Assembly: GCA_963743305.1 (NCBI GenBank)
Contig: CAVUPH010000008.1
Span: 1-64,000 of the forward strand
Direction of reading: 5' to 3'
Length of the DNA stretch: 64,000 bases
From: an uncultured delta proteobacterium
GTDB taxonomy: Bacteria > Desulfobacterota > RBG-13-43-22
In this document: positions 14,797 to 24,569 of the stretch, piece after piece
Position numbering within the stretch: position 1 is the stretch's first letter
Layout of the letters: every line of letters begins with the position of its first letter
Program-made: the position numbers and the translations under genes
The notes under the pieces: generated by a model
Told to the model about the DNA's origin: nothing
What the model saw: the letters and a program-made list of their open reading frames with translations, nothing else
The model's database searches: none

Positions 14797-15171
14797 AAGT
14801 CTCACAATGTCCCCAGGGAGAAAGATTTTAATATAGAATATATATTGGGCCGGAGGTAAAAGTCAAGGCCCTAAAATAGTTGACCATCTTCCAGGCATGA
14901 AAATTTTTCCCTGGCGCCCCGCGACGATTGCCCTTTTTTGATAAAAGCTTGGGGAAATGATCTTTTAACTTTTTTCGATCCCATCATCTTTCCCTTGCTA
15001 ATAAAAACTTTACTATGTTAAACTGAAATACAAGAAAAGTAATCGATCTTTACCAGAAGCCGCTCTTTGAGCTAGGCGATTATTATCCTGAATGCACTTC
15101 CAGGAAAGGGATTGACCCGCCGACCTGAGTAGGTCGGCGCCAAAACCTGAAAACTGAAAGGAGGTGATACC

Positions 15172-15381
15172 ATGACCAATCGAATAGCCAGAGTTACCGA
15201 AATTATTTCAGCCTCTCCCAAGAGTTTTGATGATGCCCTTCAGACGGGGTTCAAAAGGGCGACCAAGACCTTACGGGGTGTCACGGGAATAAGGATCTTG
15301 GAACAGCGGGTGGCGGTTGAAAACAACAAGCTGGTCGAATATCGCATCCGGATGGAAGTTATCTTTGTATTAGAGTCCTAA
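15172..15381 (+). CDS. Dodecin family protein
   Basis: EIISASPKSFDDAL..RATKTLR..EYRIRMEVIF; strong AGGAGG RBS. Confidence 0.88.
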   Translation: MTNRIARVTEIISASPKSFDDALQTGFKRATKTLRGVTGIRILEQRVAVENNKLVEYRIRMEVIFVLES

Positions 15382-15405
15382 CCCCTAATTTGTCTCGTTT
15401 TCACC

Positions 15406-15431
15406 AAAACCCCCGTTCATCGGGGGTTTTA
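15406..15431 (+). terminator. Intrinsic terminator after dodecin
   Basis: AAAACCCCCG-ttcat-CGGGGGTTTT. Confidence 0.8.
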
Positions 15432-15480
15432 ATTTTAGGAATCGCCATTTCCCTCCCTCTTTTCACTCGGAGGAGGATCC

Positions 15481-16812
15481 ATGCCCACCAGGTTCTATAG
15501 TGATTTAGCCGGTATTATCGAGCAGCTTCAGGCTGGAAAGGCTGCCCCGGTTTATCTGATCGCCGGGGACCCTTTTTTAGCCCGACAGGTCCATGAGCAA
15601 CTTCTGGAAGCCTTGATCCCAGAGGCGATGCGGGCACTGAATTGGGAACTGGTCGACGGGGAGAAAGAGGAAATCACCACCCTGATTGAACGCCTCCGTA
15701 CCTATCCTTTTTTCCCAGGACGAAAGGTCGTATCGCTCAAGAATCCGGCGGTCCTCAAGCCCGCCGAACCGGAAGCCCTCCTCTGGTCAAAGGCCGAAGA
15801 AGCTTGGGAGAAGAAACGGCCTGAACGTTGCATTCAAAACCTTTCGCGGCTTCTACCGAAATCCCGGCAGCCGGCCTCGGCGGGTGATCTCCCGGGACTG
15901 ACCTCTTTATTTAGAAAAGTCATTCCCCCCCCGCCAGGAGAAGCCCTTCCCGGATGGCTGGATCAAGCCCTGGCCTATTGGGTCCATCACCCGGGGGATT
16001 GGGTCAACCCTGAAATGCTTTTGGAGCAGGCCTTGCAAGGCGGCTTCCCGGAAAGTCACGTTCTGATTATCCTCTCGGAGGAACTAGCCTCCTCCAAAAC
16101 TCTGGTTAAGACCATCGCCCAGCGGGGTCTGGTGATTGATCTGACAGTTAAAAAAGCTAGAAAAAACGAACAAACGGCGGCTTCCCGGCGCTATCTGCAG
16201 GATCGCTTGGGCCGAGAAGGAAAACAGATTGAAAAGGCGGCTGAAGCCCTGCTTTTGGAAAGGGTCGGTCCCGATCTGGGACTACTGGAAATGGAAATCC
16301 AGAAATTGGTGACTTATTCGGAGGAAAAACGGATTGCCCCGGAGGCCGTCGAGGCCCTCGTAGCCACCAACCGAGAGGAACCGATTTATGAGTTGACCGC
16401 CGCTCTGGGCCGAAAAAACGCCCCTGAGGGAATGCGCATTTTGAGAAGGCTCTGGGAACAAGGCTACCATCCCCTGCCGATCTTAGGCGGCCTGATCAAT
16501 GCCTTTCGCCGCTTTCTCCTGGCCCTCGAAAGGCTGGCCCTTTCAGGACCTCAGGAGGCTCATCGTCTGGAAGATTATCGGCCCTTCAGTCAGAACATCC
16601 TGCCCCGCATGCAGAAAGAGGGCCTCCCTGAGGCCCTTTCCCGGCTCCATCCTTTTGCCCTCTTCAATACCTTCAAGGGCGCCCAAAATTTCAGTTTATC
16701 CGAACTGATCCGTTCCCTGGAATCCCTCCAGCACATAGACCGCCAGCTTAAGACCAGCGGGGGCACCGATCGTTTATTATTGGAAGACTTTATCCTGACC
16801 TTTGGCCGCTGA
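15481..16812 (+). CDS. holA: DNA polymerase III delta subunit
   Basis: PVYLIAGD, EIQKLVTY, IYELTAAL, C-terminal IDRQLKTSG..LLLEDFI; long internal insertion. Confidence 0.85.
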   Translation: MPTRFYSDLAGIIEQLQAGKAAPVYLIAGDPFLARQVHEQLLEALIPEAMRALNWELVDGEKEEITTLIERLRTYPFFPGRKVVSLKNPAVLKPAEPEALLWSKAEEAWEKKRPERCIQNLSRLLPKSRQPASAGDLPGLTSLFRKVIPPPPGEALPGWLDQALAYWVHHPGDWVNPEMLLEQALQGGFPESHVLIILSEELASSKTLVKTIAQRGLVIDLTVKKARKNEQTAASRRYLQDRLGREGKQIEKAAEALLLERVGPDLGLLEMEIQKLVTYSEEKRIAPEAVEALVATNREEPIYELTAALGRKNAPEGMRILRRLWEQGYHPLPILGGLINAFRRFLLALERLALSGPQEAHRLEDYRPFSQNILPRMQKEGLPEALSRLHPFALFNTFKGAQNFSLSELIRSLESLQHIDRQLKTSGGTDRLLLEDFILTFGR

Positions 16813-16836
16813 AGCTGAAGACTCCGACTCTCAAGG

Positions 16837-17709
16837 TTATAATGTTTTAAGTTTCTTCTTGGCCAGGGGCGCCTGCTCGGATTTAGGGTATTCCTTTGTA
16901 ATTTTTTCAAGGAGTAGTTTGGCGCTGCCGTTATCCTTAAGCTGAATAAAGGCCAAGGCCTGCTTGAATAAGGCGGCCGGAACCAATGCGCCTTTGGAAT
17001 TGGCCTTAATTAGCTTTTGATAAGCCAGGATCGATTCCTCATAGGCCTTTAACTCATAAAGACTCTCCGCTATTTTGAAAAAGGCTTCTTCCCGGTTTTT
17101 CCCTTTGGGGGACTGTTTCAGGTATTCATCGAATTTTTTCTTGGCCTCTTCAAAATTTTTCTCTTTATAAGCCTCCCGGGCGTCTCCAAGCAGTTCCTCC
17201 GGGGAATCAGGTTTGGCCTTGGCCTTCTCCTCCTGCGGTTCCTTGGGGCTCTCTTTACTCTTTTCCGTTTTGGCCGATTCGGAGGCCGCCGCGGCGGTCG
17301 AAGCGGCCGATTGTTCCAGCCGCTGGAGACGAAACTGGACGTCCTTAAGGTCCTTGGTCAGGGAGTCCAGGGCCTCCCGGGCATTGGGCTCTTTTTTCTG
17401 AACATACTCCAGCGCCTCCAGACGGCCCTGGACGACCTGCAGGCGACTTTTGACCTTCTCGATCTCGCTCAAGGAATTGGCCTGGTTTTCCAACAGCGGC
17501 TGTTGGACGTTTTCCATCTTTTTTTGGATCTGCTCGGCCCGGGCGTTCAATTGATTTTTATACAGTCCGATTTCCTCTTTGAACTGTTCAATCTGCCGCT
17601 GCTGGTTATACAGTCGGTTCTCCAAAACTACCATATCATCCCGGGCCGCACACCCCCCCATAAAAGTAAGCACCCAGAGGCCAGCCAAAGCATACCAAGC
17701 GGTTCTCAT
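16837..17709 (-). CDS. cpoB: Tol-Pal system protein CpoB/YbgF (TPR lipoprotein)
   Basis: Lipobox MGGC, coiled coil, C-terminal TPR ending YPKSEQA; follows pal. Confidence 0.85.
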   Translation of the reverse strand: MRTAWYALAGLWVLTFMGGCAARDDMVVLENRLYNQQRQIEQFKEEIGLYKNQLNARAEQIQKKMENVQQPLLENQANSLSEIEKVKSRLQVVQGRLEALEYVQKKEPNAREALDSLTKDLKDVQFRLQRLEQSAASTAAAASESAKTEKSKESPKEPQEEKAKAKPDSPEELLGDAREAYKEKNFEEAKKKFDEYLKQSPKGKNREEAFFKIAESLYELKAYEESILAYQKLIKANSKGALVPAALFKQALAFIQLKDNGSAKLLLEKITKEYPKSEQAPLAKKKLKTL

Positions 17710-17745
17710 AGTAAAACTCCTGATAGGGATACTGAAATTCAGTGC

Positions 17746-18354
17746 TTATTTTAAGACAAAATGGGCCCGGCGGTTCTTGGCCCAAGCGGCTTCATCATGC
17801 CCCGGGTCCGCCGGCTTTTCTTTTCCATAACTGATGGTCGAGACCCGGCTGGGGTTGATGCCCAGGGCCAGAATAAATTGCATGGCGGCCTCCGCCCGTT
17901 TTTGCCCCAGGGCCAGGTTATACTCCGTGCTCCCTCTTTCGTCGCAGTGGCCTTCGATCAGGGCCTTGCCATTCGGGTGGTCTTTCAGCCACTTGGCCTT
18001 TTTGTTCAAGACCGCCTTGGCGGAATCGGAGAGGACGAATTGATCAAACTCGAAATAAACATCTTCATTTTCGAATTCGCCGGCCATGGCCCGGCGGCGG
18101 GCCTCTTCTTCTGCCAACGCCTTTTCCCGAAGCTGTTGCTCGGTCAATTCCTGTTCCCGTATCCGAGCATGTTTTTTGGCCTTCTCGGCATCATCCTCTT
18201 TCACCTGTTCGCTCCCCGGGGTAGCCGTCAGCCCCTCGGACTTGATCGCCTTTTTGCTGCAGGCCAGCAGGAAAAAACTGGAGAGGATCAAAAGCACCAG
18301 CAGCCATCCTAAACCCGTATGTTTTGTTTTCACCACGATTACCTCCTTTTCCAA
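17746..18354 (-). CDS. pal: Peptidoglycan-associated lipoprotein (start may be a few codons downstream)
   Basis: Lipobox LLAC; IEGHCDERGSTEYNLALGQKRA; NRRAHF. Confidence 0.95.
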   Translation of the reverse strand: MEKEVIVVKTKHTGLGWLLVLLILSSFFLLACSKKAIKSEGLTATPGSEQVKEDDAEKAKKHARIREQELTEQQLREKALAEEEARRRAMAGEFENEDVYFEFDQFVLSDSAKAVLNKKAKWLKDHPNGKALIEGHCDERGSTEYNLALGQKRAEAAMQFILALGINPSRVSTISYGKEKPADPGHDEAAWAKNRRAHFVLK

Positions 18355-18356
18355 AT

Positions 18357-19688
18357 TTAATTTTCAGATTTTCTGGGTCCCCAAGAGGGGCTGAACTGTT
18401 CTCCGTTTAAAAAGGTGATTCGCCTCTGGTTGGCCCCGCTAAGGTTCATGACATAAAGAGCCGATTTGCCCTGACGGGATGAACTGAAGATGATCATCCG
18501 GCCGTCCGGGGAGAAATCCGGGGACTCATTGTTCCCCCCAAAGGTCAGGCGCTGGATTTCCCCATTTTTCAGGACCAGGGTATAGATATCAAAATGATTC
18601 CCGGCCATAGAGGCGTAAGCAATCCGATCCCCTTTCGGCGACCAGACCGGGTTGACGTTGTAATTTCCCTGAAAGGTTACCCGACGGGTTTCCTTGGTAG
18701 CCACCTGCATGATATAAATCTGCGGGTTGCCGGATCGGTTGGAGACGAAGGCCATCTGTTTACCGTCTGGAGACCAGGCCGGGGAAACGTCGATGGCCGC
18801 TCCGTAGGTCAGACGCTGCAGGATGTTCCCGGTCCGGCTGATCTGATATATTTCCGAATTCCCTCCCGATTGGCTGAGGGCCACCGCTAACGATTCGCCT
18901 CCGGGAAACCAGGCCGGAGAGATATTCAATCCCGGGCGATTGGAAATCCGCAGGGAATGTCCACCAGGCAGTTGCAGCAGATACAGGGAAGGGTTGCCGT
19001 CTTTATAGGAGGTGTAAGCGATCTCCCGGCCCGTGGGGGACCAGCGGGGAGACAGGGAAATGGAATTGTGATGAGTCAGTCGATTGAAGTTGGAACCGTC
19101 AAAGTCGGCCAGATAGATCTCTTTTTTTCCCGAAGTGGTGGAGACAAAGGCAATCTGGGTCTGAAAAAACCCGTATTCACCGGTCAGGAGGTAAAGGATC
19201 TCATCGGCAAAACGGTGGACCATCTTTTTATAATCCTTGGCCCCACCCGAATACTGTTTCCCCAGGAGCTGTCGACCCTGTTGGACATCATAAAGGCGAA
19301 AATCCGTCTGGAACCCCGAACCGGTCGCCTGATAATTCCCTTTGACCAATAGATCGGCCCCGGTTAGACCCCAGGCCTGGAAATCCGGATTTTTTTCGTC
19401 CTCTTTTCCCAGAAAGGCCTTGGGGTCCACCCCTCGGAAAAAGCCGGTGTATTCCAAGTCCCTGACCAATAACTGAGGTAGAATTCCGCCTAAGGCGGGT
19501 TCCCCCGTTCCCAGGTTAACTAGATCGGGAACAACAATGGCGATTCTTTTCGCCGTCGGAGAATCGATATCGATCGTAGCCCGGCTGAAAAGAGAAGTGG
19601 GCATCCCCACGATCAGGCTTCCGGTCCAGAAAAAAATCAACAGGACCAGCCATCTGTTTTTATTAGTAAATCTATTCTTCATCGGCAA
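18357..19688 (-). CDS. tolB: TolB beta-propeller protein
   Basis: Signal peptide, TolB N-domain (HRFADEI), PD40 repeats SPxWSPDG. Confidence 0.95.
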   Translation of the reverse strand: MPMKNRFTNKNRWLVLLIFFWTGSLIVGMPTSLFSRATIDIDSPTAKRIAIVVPDLVNLGTGEPALGGILPQLLVRDLEYTGFFRGVDPKAFLGKEDEKNPDFQAWGLTGADLLVKGNYQATGSGFQTDFRLYDVQQGRQLLGKQYSGGAKDYKKMVHRFADEILYLLTGEYGFFQTQIAFVSTTSGKKEIYLADFDGSNFNRLTHHNSISLSPRWSPTGREIAYTSYKDGNPSLYLLQLPGGHSLRISNRPGLNISPAWFPGGESLAVALSQSGGNSEIYQISRTGNILQRLTYGAAIDVSPAWSPDGKQMAFVSNRSGNPQIYIMQVATKETRRVTFQGNYNVNPVWSPKGDRIAYASMAGNHFDIYTLVLKNGEIQRLTFGGNNESPDFSPDGRMIIFSSSRQGKSALYVMNLSGANQRRITFLNGEQFSPSWGPRKSEN

Positions 19689-19704
19689 TCTCGGCGATTG
19701 ATTT

Positions 19705-20650
19705 CTAGTGGCTGCTTAAATCCAAGGAATGGAAAGTCAAAACCACTTCATAACTGCTTCGGGGATACCCTTCCGGGAGGGGAGGCAAGGGTTCACTTTT
19801 CTTCAGGGTCCGGACGACCTCCTGATCAAAGGTTTCGTTGCCCGATTTACGCTCAAATCGGGTTTCTTCGATCCTCCCATTCTGGGCTATGCGCACCAGG
19901 ATGTCAGCAGAAATATCCGTTTTTTTCAGCAAACCTTCAGGAAGAAACCAGTTTTTTTTGATCCGGCTGCGCAGGGCGGCATGATAAATTTGGAATTGCA
20001 TCCCTACCCCGCCCGAACCCGGCTGACCGGTGGAGGCAATGATTCCATTTCCGCTCCCGCCTCGAACCGCAGGACTTCCCCCGGTTTTATCGGCCTTAGC
20101 CTGTTTTCGCTCCAGACGGGCCAAGGCCTGCCCCAAGGCCTCTTGATTTTTTACCTTATTTTCCAGTTGATGGAAAGACCTTTCTAGATTTTTTTCCTGA
20201 TCAATTTTTTTCTTGATCTTTTCCAGGGCCTTATCCAGAGACTGGGAGTCATCGACGTCGAGGGGGAGGAGGCGTCTCCACTGCTTTGGTTAGGGGGATT
20301 TCCTTAGGTTTAAGGGAAACGGGTTTGGCCGGGGCGGGGAGCGGTACCGGATCAGCGGCTCGGGGTGGGGGGATTTCCTTAGGTTTGGGGGAAACGGGTT
20401 TGGCCGAGGCGGGGAGCGATGCCGGATCCGCAGACCGGGGGGCTTCCGGTCCGCCACCGGGTCCTTCACCCGGGGAGATCAAGTTGACCGTATATGCCGC
20501 CTCCAGCGGGTCGACTATCTGGCCCCGCGGGATCCATTGAAAAAAGAAAACCACTAATAACAGGTGCAGCCCCAGAGAAAAAACCAGCATCCAGCCCCAG
20601 TTCTTCTCCACGTCCGGTTTTTTCCAATCAGGAACCGCCTGAAGGATCAT
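19705..20650 (-). CDS. tolA: TolA/TonB C-terminal domain protein, split by a +1 frameshift near 20262
   Basis: TM anchor SLGLH, Pro/Lys-rich linker with duplicated AKPVSxKPKEIP; reading continues in the +1 frame (DVDDSQSLDKALEKIK...) into the TonB_C-like domain SGNETFDQ..LPPLP. Confidence 0.85.
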
Positions 20651-21060
20651 TTCTTTTCCGGAGGACTTTCTGTCACCATTCCCAGGCGTTCAATTCCGGC
20701 ATTCTTGATATCGGCCATGACCTGAACCACCAGACCATAAGACAGGGACTTATCGGCCCGCAGGAAGACCTCGCTTTCCTTGTTCGCCTGATAAAGGGCT
20801 TTCAACTTCTCCTGTAATTCTTCCCGGCTGACCCGGTATTGATTGATAAAAATCTCCTGCTTTTTGCTTAAAGTAATAACCAACCGTTCCTCCCGGGAGG
20901 GAATAGGCTTGGCCTGGGTTTGGGGCAACTGGATATCCAATCCCTGCATCATCATCGGAGCGGCCACCATAAAGATAATCAGCAGCACCAGCATCACGTC
21001 CACTAAAGGGGTGACATTGATTTCCGACATCAAGCGGCGGTCGCCGCCTCCGCCTTGCAT
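20647..21060 (-). CDS. tolR: TolR
   Basis: SEINVTPLVDVMLVLLIIFMV; LRADKSLSYG. Confidence 0.95.
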   Translation of the reverse strand: MQGGGGDRRLMSEINVTPLVDVMLVLLIIFMVAAPMMMQGLDIQLPQTQAKPIPSREERLVITLSKKQEIFINQYRVSREELQEKLKALYQANKESEVFLRADKSLSYGLVVQVMADIKNAGIERLGMVTESPPEKK

Positions 21061-21065
21061 GCTGA

Positions 21066-21884
21066 TTACCGTTTGCCTCCCGTTCGCCGCAACATATCCC
21101 TTTCCAGCATGTTTAAGAAATCCGATGAAAAACTGGCCATTTCGGACTCCAGCAGGCGAACCTGATTGGAAAAATAATTGTAGAAAATTACCGAGGGAAT
21201 GGCCGCCGCTAAACCAGTGGCCGTAGCGATCAGGGCCTCCGAGATCCCCGGGGCCACCACGGCCAAATTGGCCCCCCCCCGCAAACCGATGCTGTGAAAG
21301 GAATTCATGATCCCCCAGACCGTTCCAAACAGACCGATAAACGGTGCGGTATTCCCGGTGGTGGCTAAAAAGGTCAGGGCATAACCGAGGCGGGTCACCT
21401 GAGAATTCATGGCCGCCCTTAACGCCCGGGGAATGCTTTCAAAATGAACCAAATTAGCCGTCAAGATATCCGCCCCTTCCCCCTTTCCGGCGTTATCGCT
21501 TTCCTGCTGCATTTTGTGAAGTCGGCCGAGTTCCAAGTACCCTACCCGAAAGACCTCCGCCACCGGACTATAGTGAAGTTCCTTGGATTCGGCATAAGCC
21601 TTAGCCAGGCTTTTGCTCTGCCAAAAGATCTCCTGAAACAGGTTGGTTTCCTTGCGGGCCCGATGAACGATTCGGTACTTCATAAAAATAATGGTCCAGG
21701 AGATCACGGAAAAGGCCAACAACAGGAGCAAGACGAACTTGACCATCGCTCCGGCATGGGCGACCATGGATAAAATTTCATTTTGCTGAATAAAGTTCAA
21801 TGAGGGATCCTGATTCGCTATGAGGTAGATTAAACTCCAATCGGCCAGACAAAACAGACGTGGGATACCCACCCACGAGAACAA
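21066..21884 (-). CDS. tolQ: TolQ (start uncertain, possibly near 21767)
   Basis: TAPFIGLFGTVWGIM, VAPGISEALIATATGLAAAIP. Confidence 0.95.
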   Translation of the reverse strand: MFSWVGIPRLFCLADWSLIYLIANQDPSLNFIQQNEILSMVAHAGAMVKFVLLLLLAFSVISWTIIFMKYRIVHRARKETNLFQEIFWQSKSLAKAYAESKELHYSPVAEVFRVGYLELGRLHKMQQESDNAGKGEGADILTANLVHFESIPRALRAAMNSQVTRLGYALTFLATTGNTAPFIGLFGTVWGIMNSFHSIGLRGGANLAVVAPGISEALIATATGLAAAIPSVIFYNYFSNQVRLLESEMASFSSDFLNMLERDMLRRTGGKR

Positions 21885-22008
21885 ACCATCACCAATTGAA
21901 TTTAAGACCCCGACCCAGAGCTTCTGGTTAAATTTTTTTCCTGATTGGTCGATCAGGGCCGTATCAAACCCAATCCCCGGCGAATTGGTTCCCCCTGGTC
22001 CGCTCGGC

Positions 22009-22753
22009 CTAAGGACGAAGCTGCTCGATCAGCGCCGACAAGGCCTGGCTGGCCGGAACCTCCAGAACATAGTCCGAGAAGGAATCGGAAAGGTGGGTTC
22101 GTTCCAGGTTAATCTCAATCAGCACGGCTCCGTTCTGTTTGGCTGTTTGCGGGAGGAAGCTGGCCGGGGCCACCAGTGCGGAGGTTCCGATCACCAGCAT
22201 CACCTCACAGGTTCGGGCGAGTTCAAAGGCCCGCTGGTTGGCCTGTCCCGGAATGGGTTCGCCGAAAAAAACCACCTCCGGTTTCAATATCCCCCCACAG
22301 GTACAACGCGGGGGCAGGACGGACAAGAGAAATTGCGCCTTTGGTGAAAACCTTTCCGCATTGCAGGCAGCGCAGACTCTGCCCATTGCCGTGAAATTCG
22401 ATGACCTCCCGGTTCCCGGCCCTTTGGTGCAGGGCATCAATATTCTGGGTAATGACGGCCTTTAAAAGGCCCCAATCTTCCAACTGGGCCAGGGCTAAAT
22501 GCGCCGGATTTGGCCGGGCCTGGTCCACCATACCCCCCAATTCGGCCAGCATCCGCCAGACTTTACCGGGATCGGCTAGAAAGGCATCAATATGGGCATA
22601 TTCTAAGGGATCATATCGATCCCATAACCCCTGACTTCCCCTGAAGGCAGGAATTCCGCTCTCCACGGATATTCCGGCGCCGGTCAAGGCCACGGTCAAT
22701 TGCGACTTTCGGAGGAGGTCCGCTATTTGAAGAATGGTCGACTGGTCGAACAA
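22009..22753 (-). CDS. cobB: NAD-dependent protein deacylase (sirtuin), +1 frameshift near 22328
   Basis: GAGISVESGIPAFRG, ITQNIDALH, FHG, CxxC..CxC Zn motif, KPEVVFFGE, IGTS spread over two frames. Confidence 0.9.
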
Positions 22754-22762
22754 GGGGTTTCC

Positions 22763-23194
22763 TTACTCTTCTTCCTCCTCCTCATCCTCCTCTTCTTCCT
22801 CAACGCCTCGAATTTCTTTAATGTATTCCTCATACTCTTCGGCGGTCAGGAGTTCAAAGAATTCGGTAGCGGAGGGAATATCCACCCGAATAATCCAACC
22901 ATCCTGGTAGGGATCTTCGTTGATGATTTCCGGAGCGTCCAAAAGTTCGGCATTGACTTCCACGATTTCCCCGGTGAGGGGGGAAAAGAGATCGTTCACC
23001 GACAACTGGGCTTCGATTGATCCGAAAGGTTCGTCTTTAACGACCTCATCCCCCTCTTCGGGAAGATCAATTCCGTTGAGTTCTCCTAGTTCCTCCTGGA
23101 GGTAATCGGTGATCCCGATGGTGATCCGGTTGTCGTCGTCCAGGCGGGCCCAAGAATGGTCTCTACTGTATCTTAGTTCCTCCAAGATAACCAA
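22763..23194 (-). CDS. Glycine cleavage H-like protein lacking the lipoyl lysine, with acidic tail
   Basis: LRYSRDHSWA, IGITDYLQEELG, SPLTGEIVEVN, INEDPYQDGWI; IEAQLS in place of VESVKA. Confidence 0.9.
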   Translation of the reverse strand: MVILEELRYSRDHSWARLDDDNRITIGITDYLQEELGELNGIDLPEEGDEVVKDEPFGSIEAQLSVNDLFSPLTGEIVEVNAELLDAPEIINEDPYQDGWIIRVDIPSATEFFELLTAEEYEEYIKEIRGVEEEEEDEEEEEE

Positions 23195-23322
23195 AATAAT
23201 CCCCTTTCATGTCCTGTTGAAAATATATAAGGACGAAAAAAGAATGGGAGAATGGACCCCCCCCCTTCTGACCGATCAAAATTGTGGTCTAATATAACCA
23301 ATAAAAATTGGCAAGTTTTTTT

Positions 23323-24090
23323 TTAGGGTTTTCTTTTTTCTTTCAACAAATACAAGCCCAAAAACAAAGAAAAAAGGATGATCAATCCGCTGAGGTATTG
23401 GGTATCGCTCCAGCCGCCGCCCATTAGATTCCCGCGGTAGTCCCCCCGGAAAAATTCAATCGCCCAGCGGGCCCAACCGGAAAAAAACAAATAGACCACA
23501 ATGAGCTGCCCGACAAAAAACTCTTTTCTGCGCAACAGGATCAAAAGAATAAACAGGACCAGCGCCGCTCCGGATTCATACAGTTGGGTGGGATGAAGGG
23601 CGATGCCGGTGGGGGCCAGACTTTCTGGATCAGAGAAGGTGATGGCCCAGGGGACATCGGTGGGACGGCCGTAACAGCACCCGGCCGCCAGACAGCCCAG
23701 GCGTCCGAAGACCTGCCCTAAGGCGAGAGAGGGGGCCAACAGATCCGCGGTTTTCCAAAAAGGCAGACCGACTTTATTAATATACCAGCCGCCAGCTATA
23801 AAGGCTAAAATCAATCCCCCAAAGAAGACCAGTCCGCCTTCCCAGATCTTGAAAATCGAGAGAGGAGCCTTAAGATACTGAGGGTAATGGATAATCGTAT
23901 ATAACAGCCGGGATCCGATAATGGCCGAAATAATGATGACCAGGGAAAGATCCAGGATACGTTCTCCGGGAAGGTCTTGCCGGCGGGCTTCCTTGAGGGC
24001 CAGGCCGATGCCGAGTAAAAAGCCCACGGCGATAAAAAGCCCATAGGCGTGCAGAGAAAATCCCCCCCAGTGGAAAAGGGTCGGGAACAC
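23323..24090 (-). CDS. lgt: Prolipoprotein diacylglyceryl transferase
   Basis: IWEGGLVFFGG, GRLGCLAAGCCYG, HPTQLYE. Confidence 0.95.
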   Translation of the reverse strand: MFPTLFHWGGFSLHAYGLFIAVGFLLGIGLALKEARRQDLPGERILDLSLVIIISAIIGSRLLYTIIHYPQYLKAPLSIFKIWEGGLVFFGGLILAFIAGGWYINKVGLPFWKTADLLAPSLALGQVFGRLGCLAAGCCYGRPTDVPWAITFSDPESLAPTGIALHPTQLYESGAALVLFILLILLRRKEFFVGQLIVVYLFFSGWARWAIEFFRGDYRGNLMGGGWSDTQYLSGLIILFSLFLGLYLLKEKRKP

Positions 24091-24092
24091 GG

Positions 24093-24569
24093 TCAGCCTT
24101 CCCTCCAAAAATGGTATACTAAAAAACCAACCCCCAACGTGATGGCCGAATCGGCCACATTAAAGGCCGGCCAATGAAAACCCCTCCAGTAGAAATCCAA
24201 AAAATCCACCACTTCCTGAAAACGCAGACGGTCCAAAAGATTTCCCAGGGCGCCGCCTAAAATAGCCCCCAAGGCCAACGACATACCGGGGGTCACTTTC
24301 GGATAACGAAACAGGATCCATAAGATCCCGGCTACGGCGATTAAAGGGAAAAAAACCAGTATCAGGTCTTTCCAGGACCCCGCTGCCGTATTGAAAATCC
24401 CGAAGGCCATCCCGCGATTGCGGATATGGACCAGGTTAAAAAACCCGGGGATCACCTCTCGGTAATAGTGGAGAGGCAAATGATTCAGGATCGCCTGTTT
24501 GCTGAGGATATCCAGAATCACCACCCCGGCAAAAGATAGTCCAAAAGGAATGAGCCGTTTAGCGATCAT
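24093..24569 (-). CDS. lspA: Signal peptidase II
   Basis: [31 protein letters not shown]. Confidence 0.96.
   Translation of the reverse strand: MIAKRLIPFGLSFAGVVILDILSKQAILNHLPLHYYREVIPGFFNLVHIRNRGMAFGIFNTAAGSWKDLILVFFPLIAVAGILWILFRYPKVTPGMSLALGAILGGALGNLLDRLRFQEVVDFLDFYWRGFHWPAFNVADSAITLGVGFLVYHFWREG

Noticed and set aside
15025-15171. Flavin riboswitch in the long dodecin leader (hairpin GCCGACCT/AGGTCGGC)
   Set aside because: No FMN-riboswitch consensus is visible; a single hairpin is not enough
20255-20270. Programmed frameshift in tolA
   Set aside because: No slippery heptamer or stimulatory structure; same +1 pattern as the other probable errors
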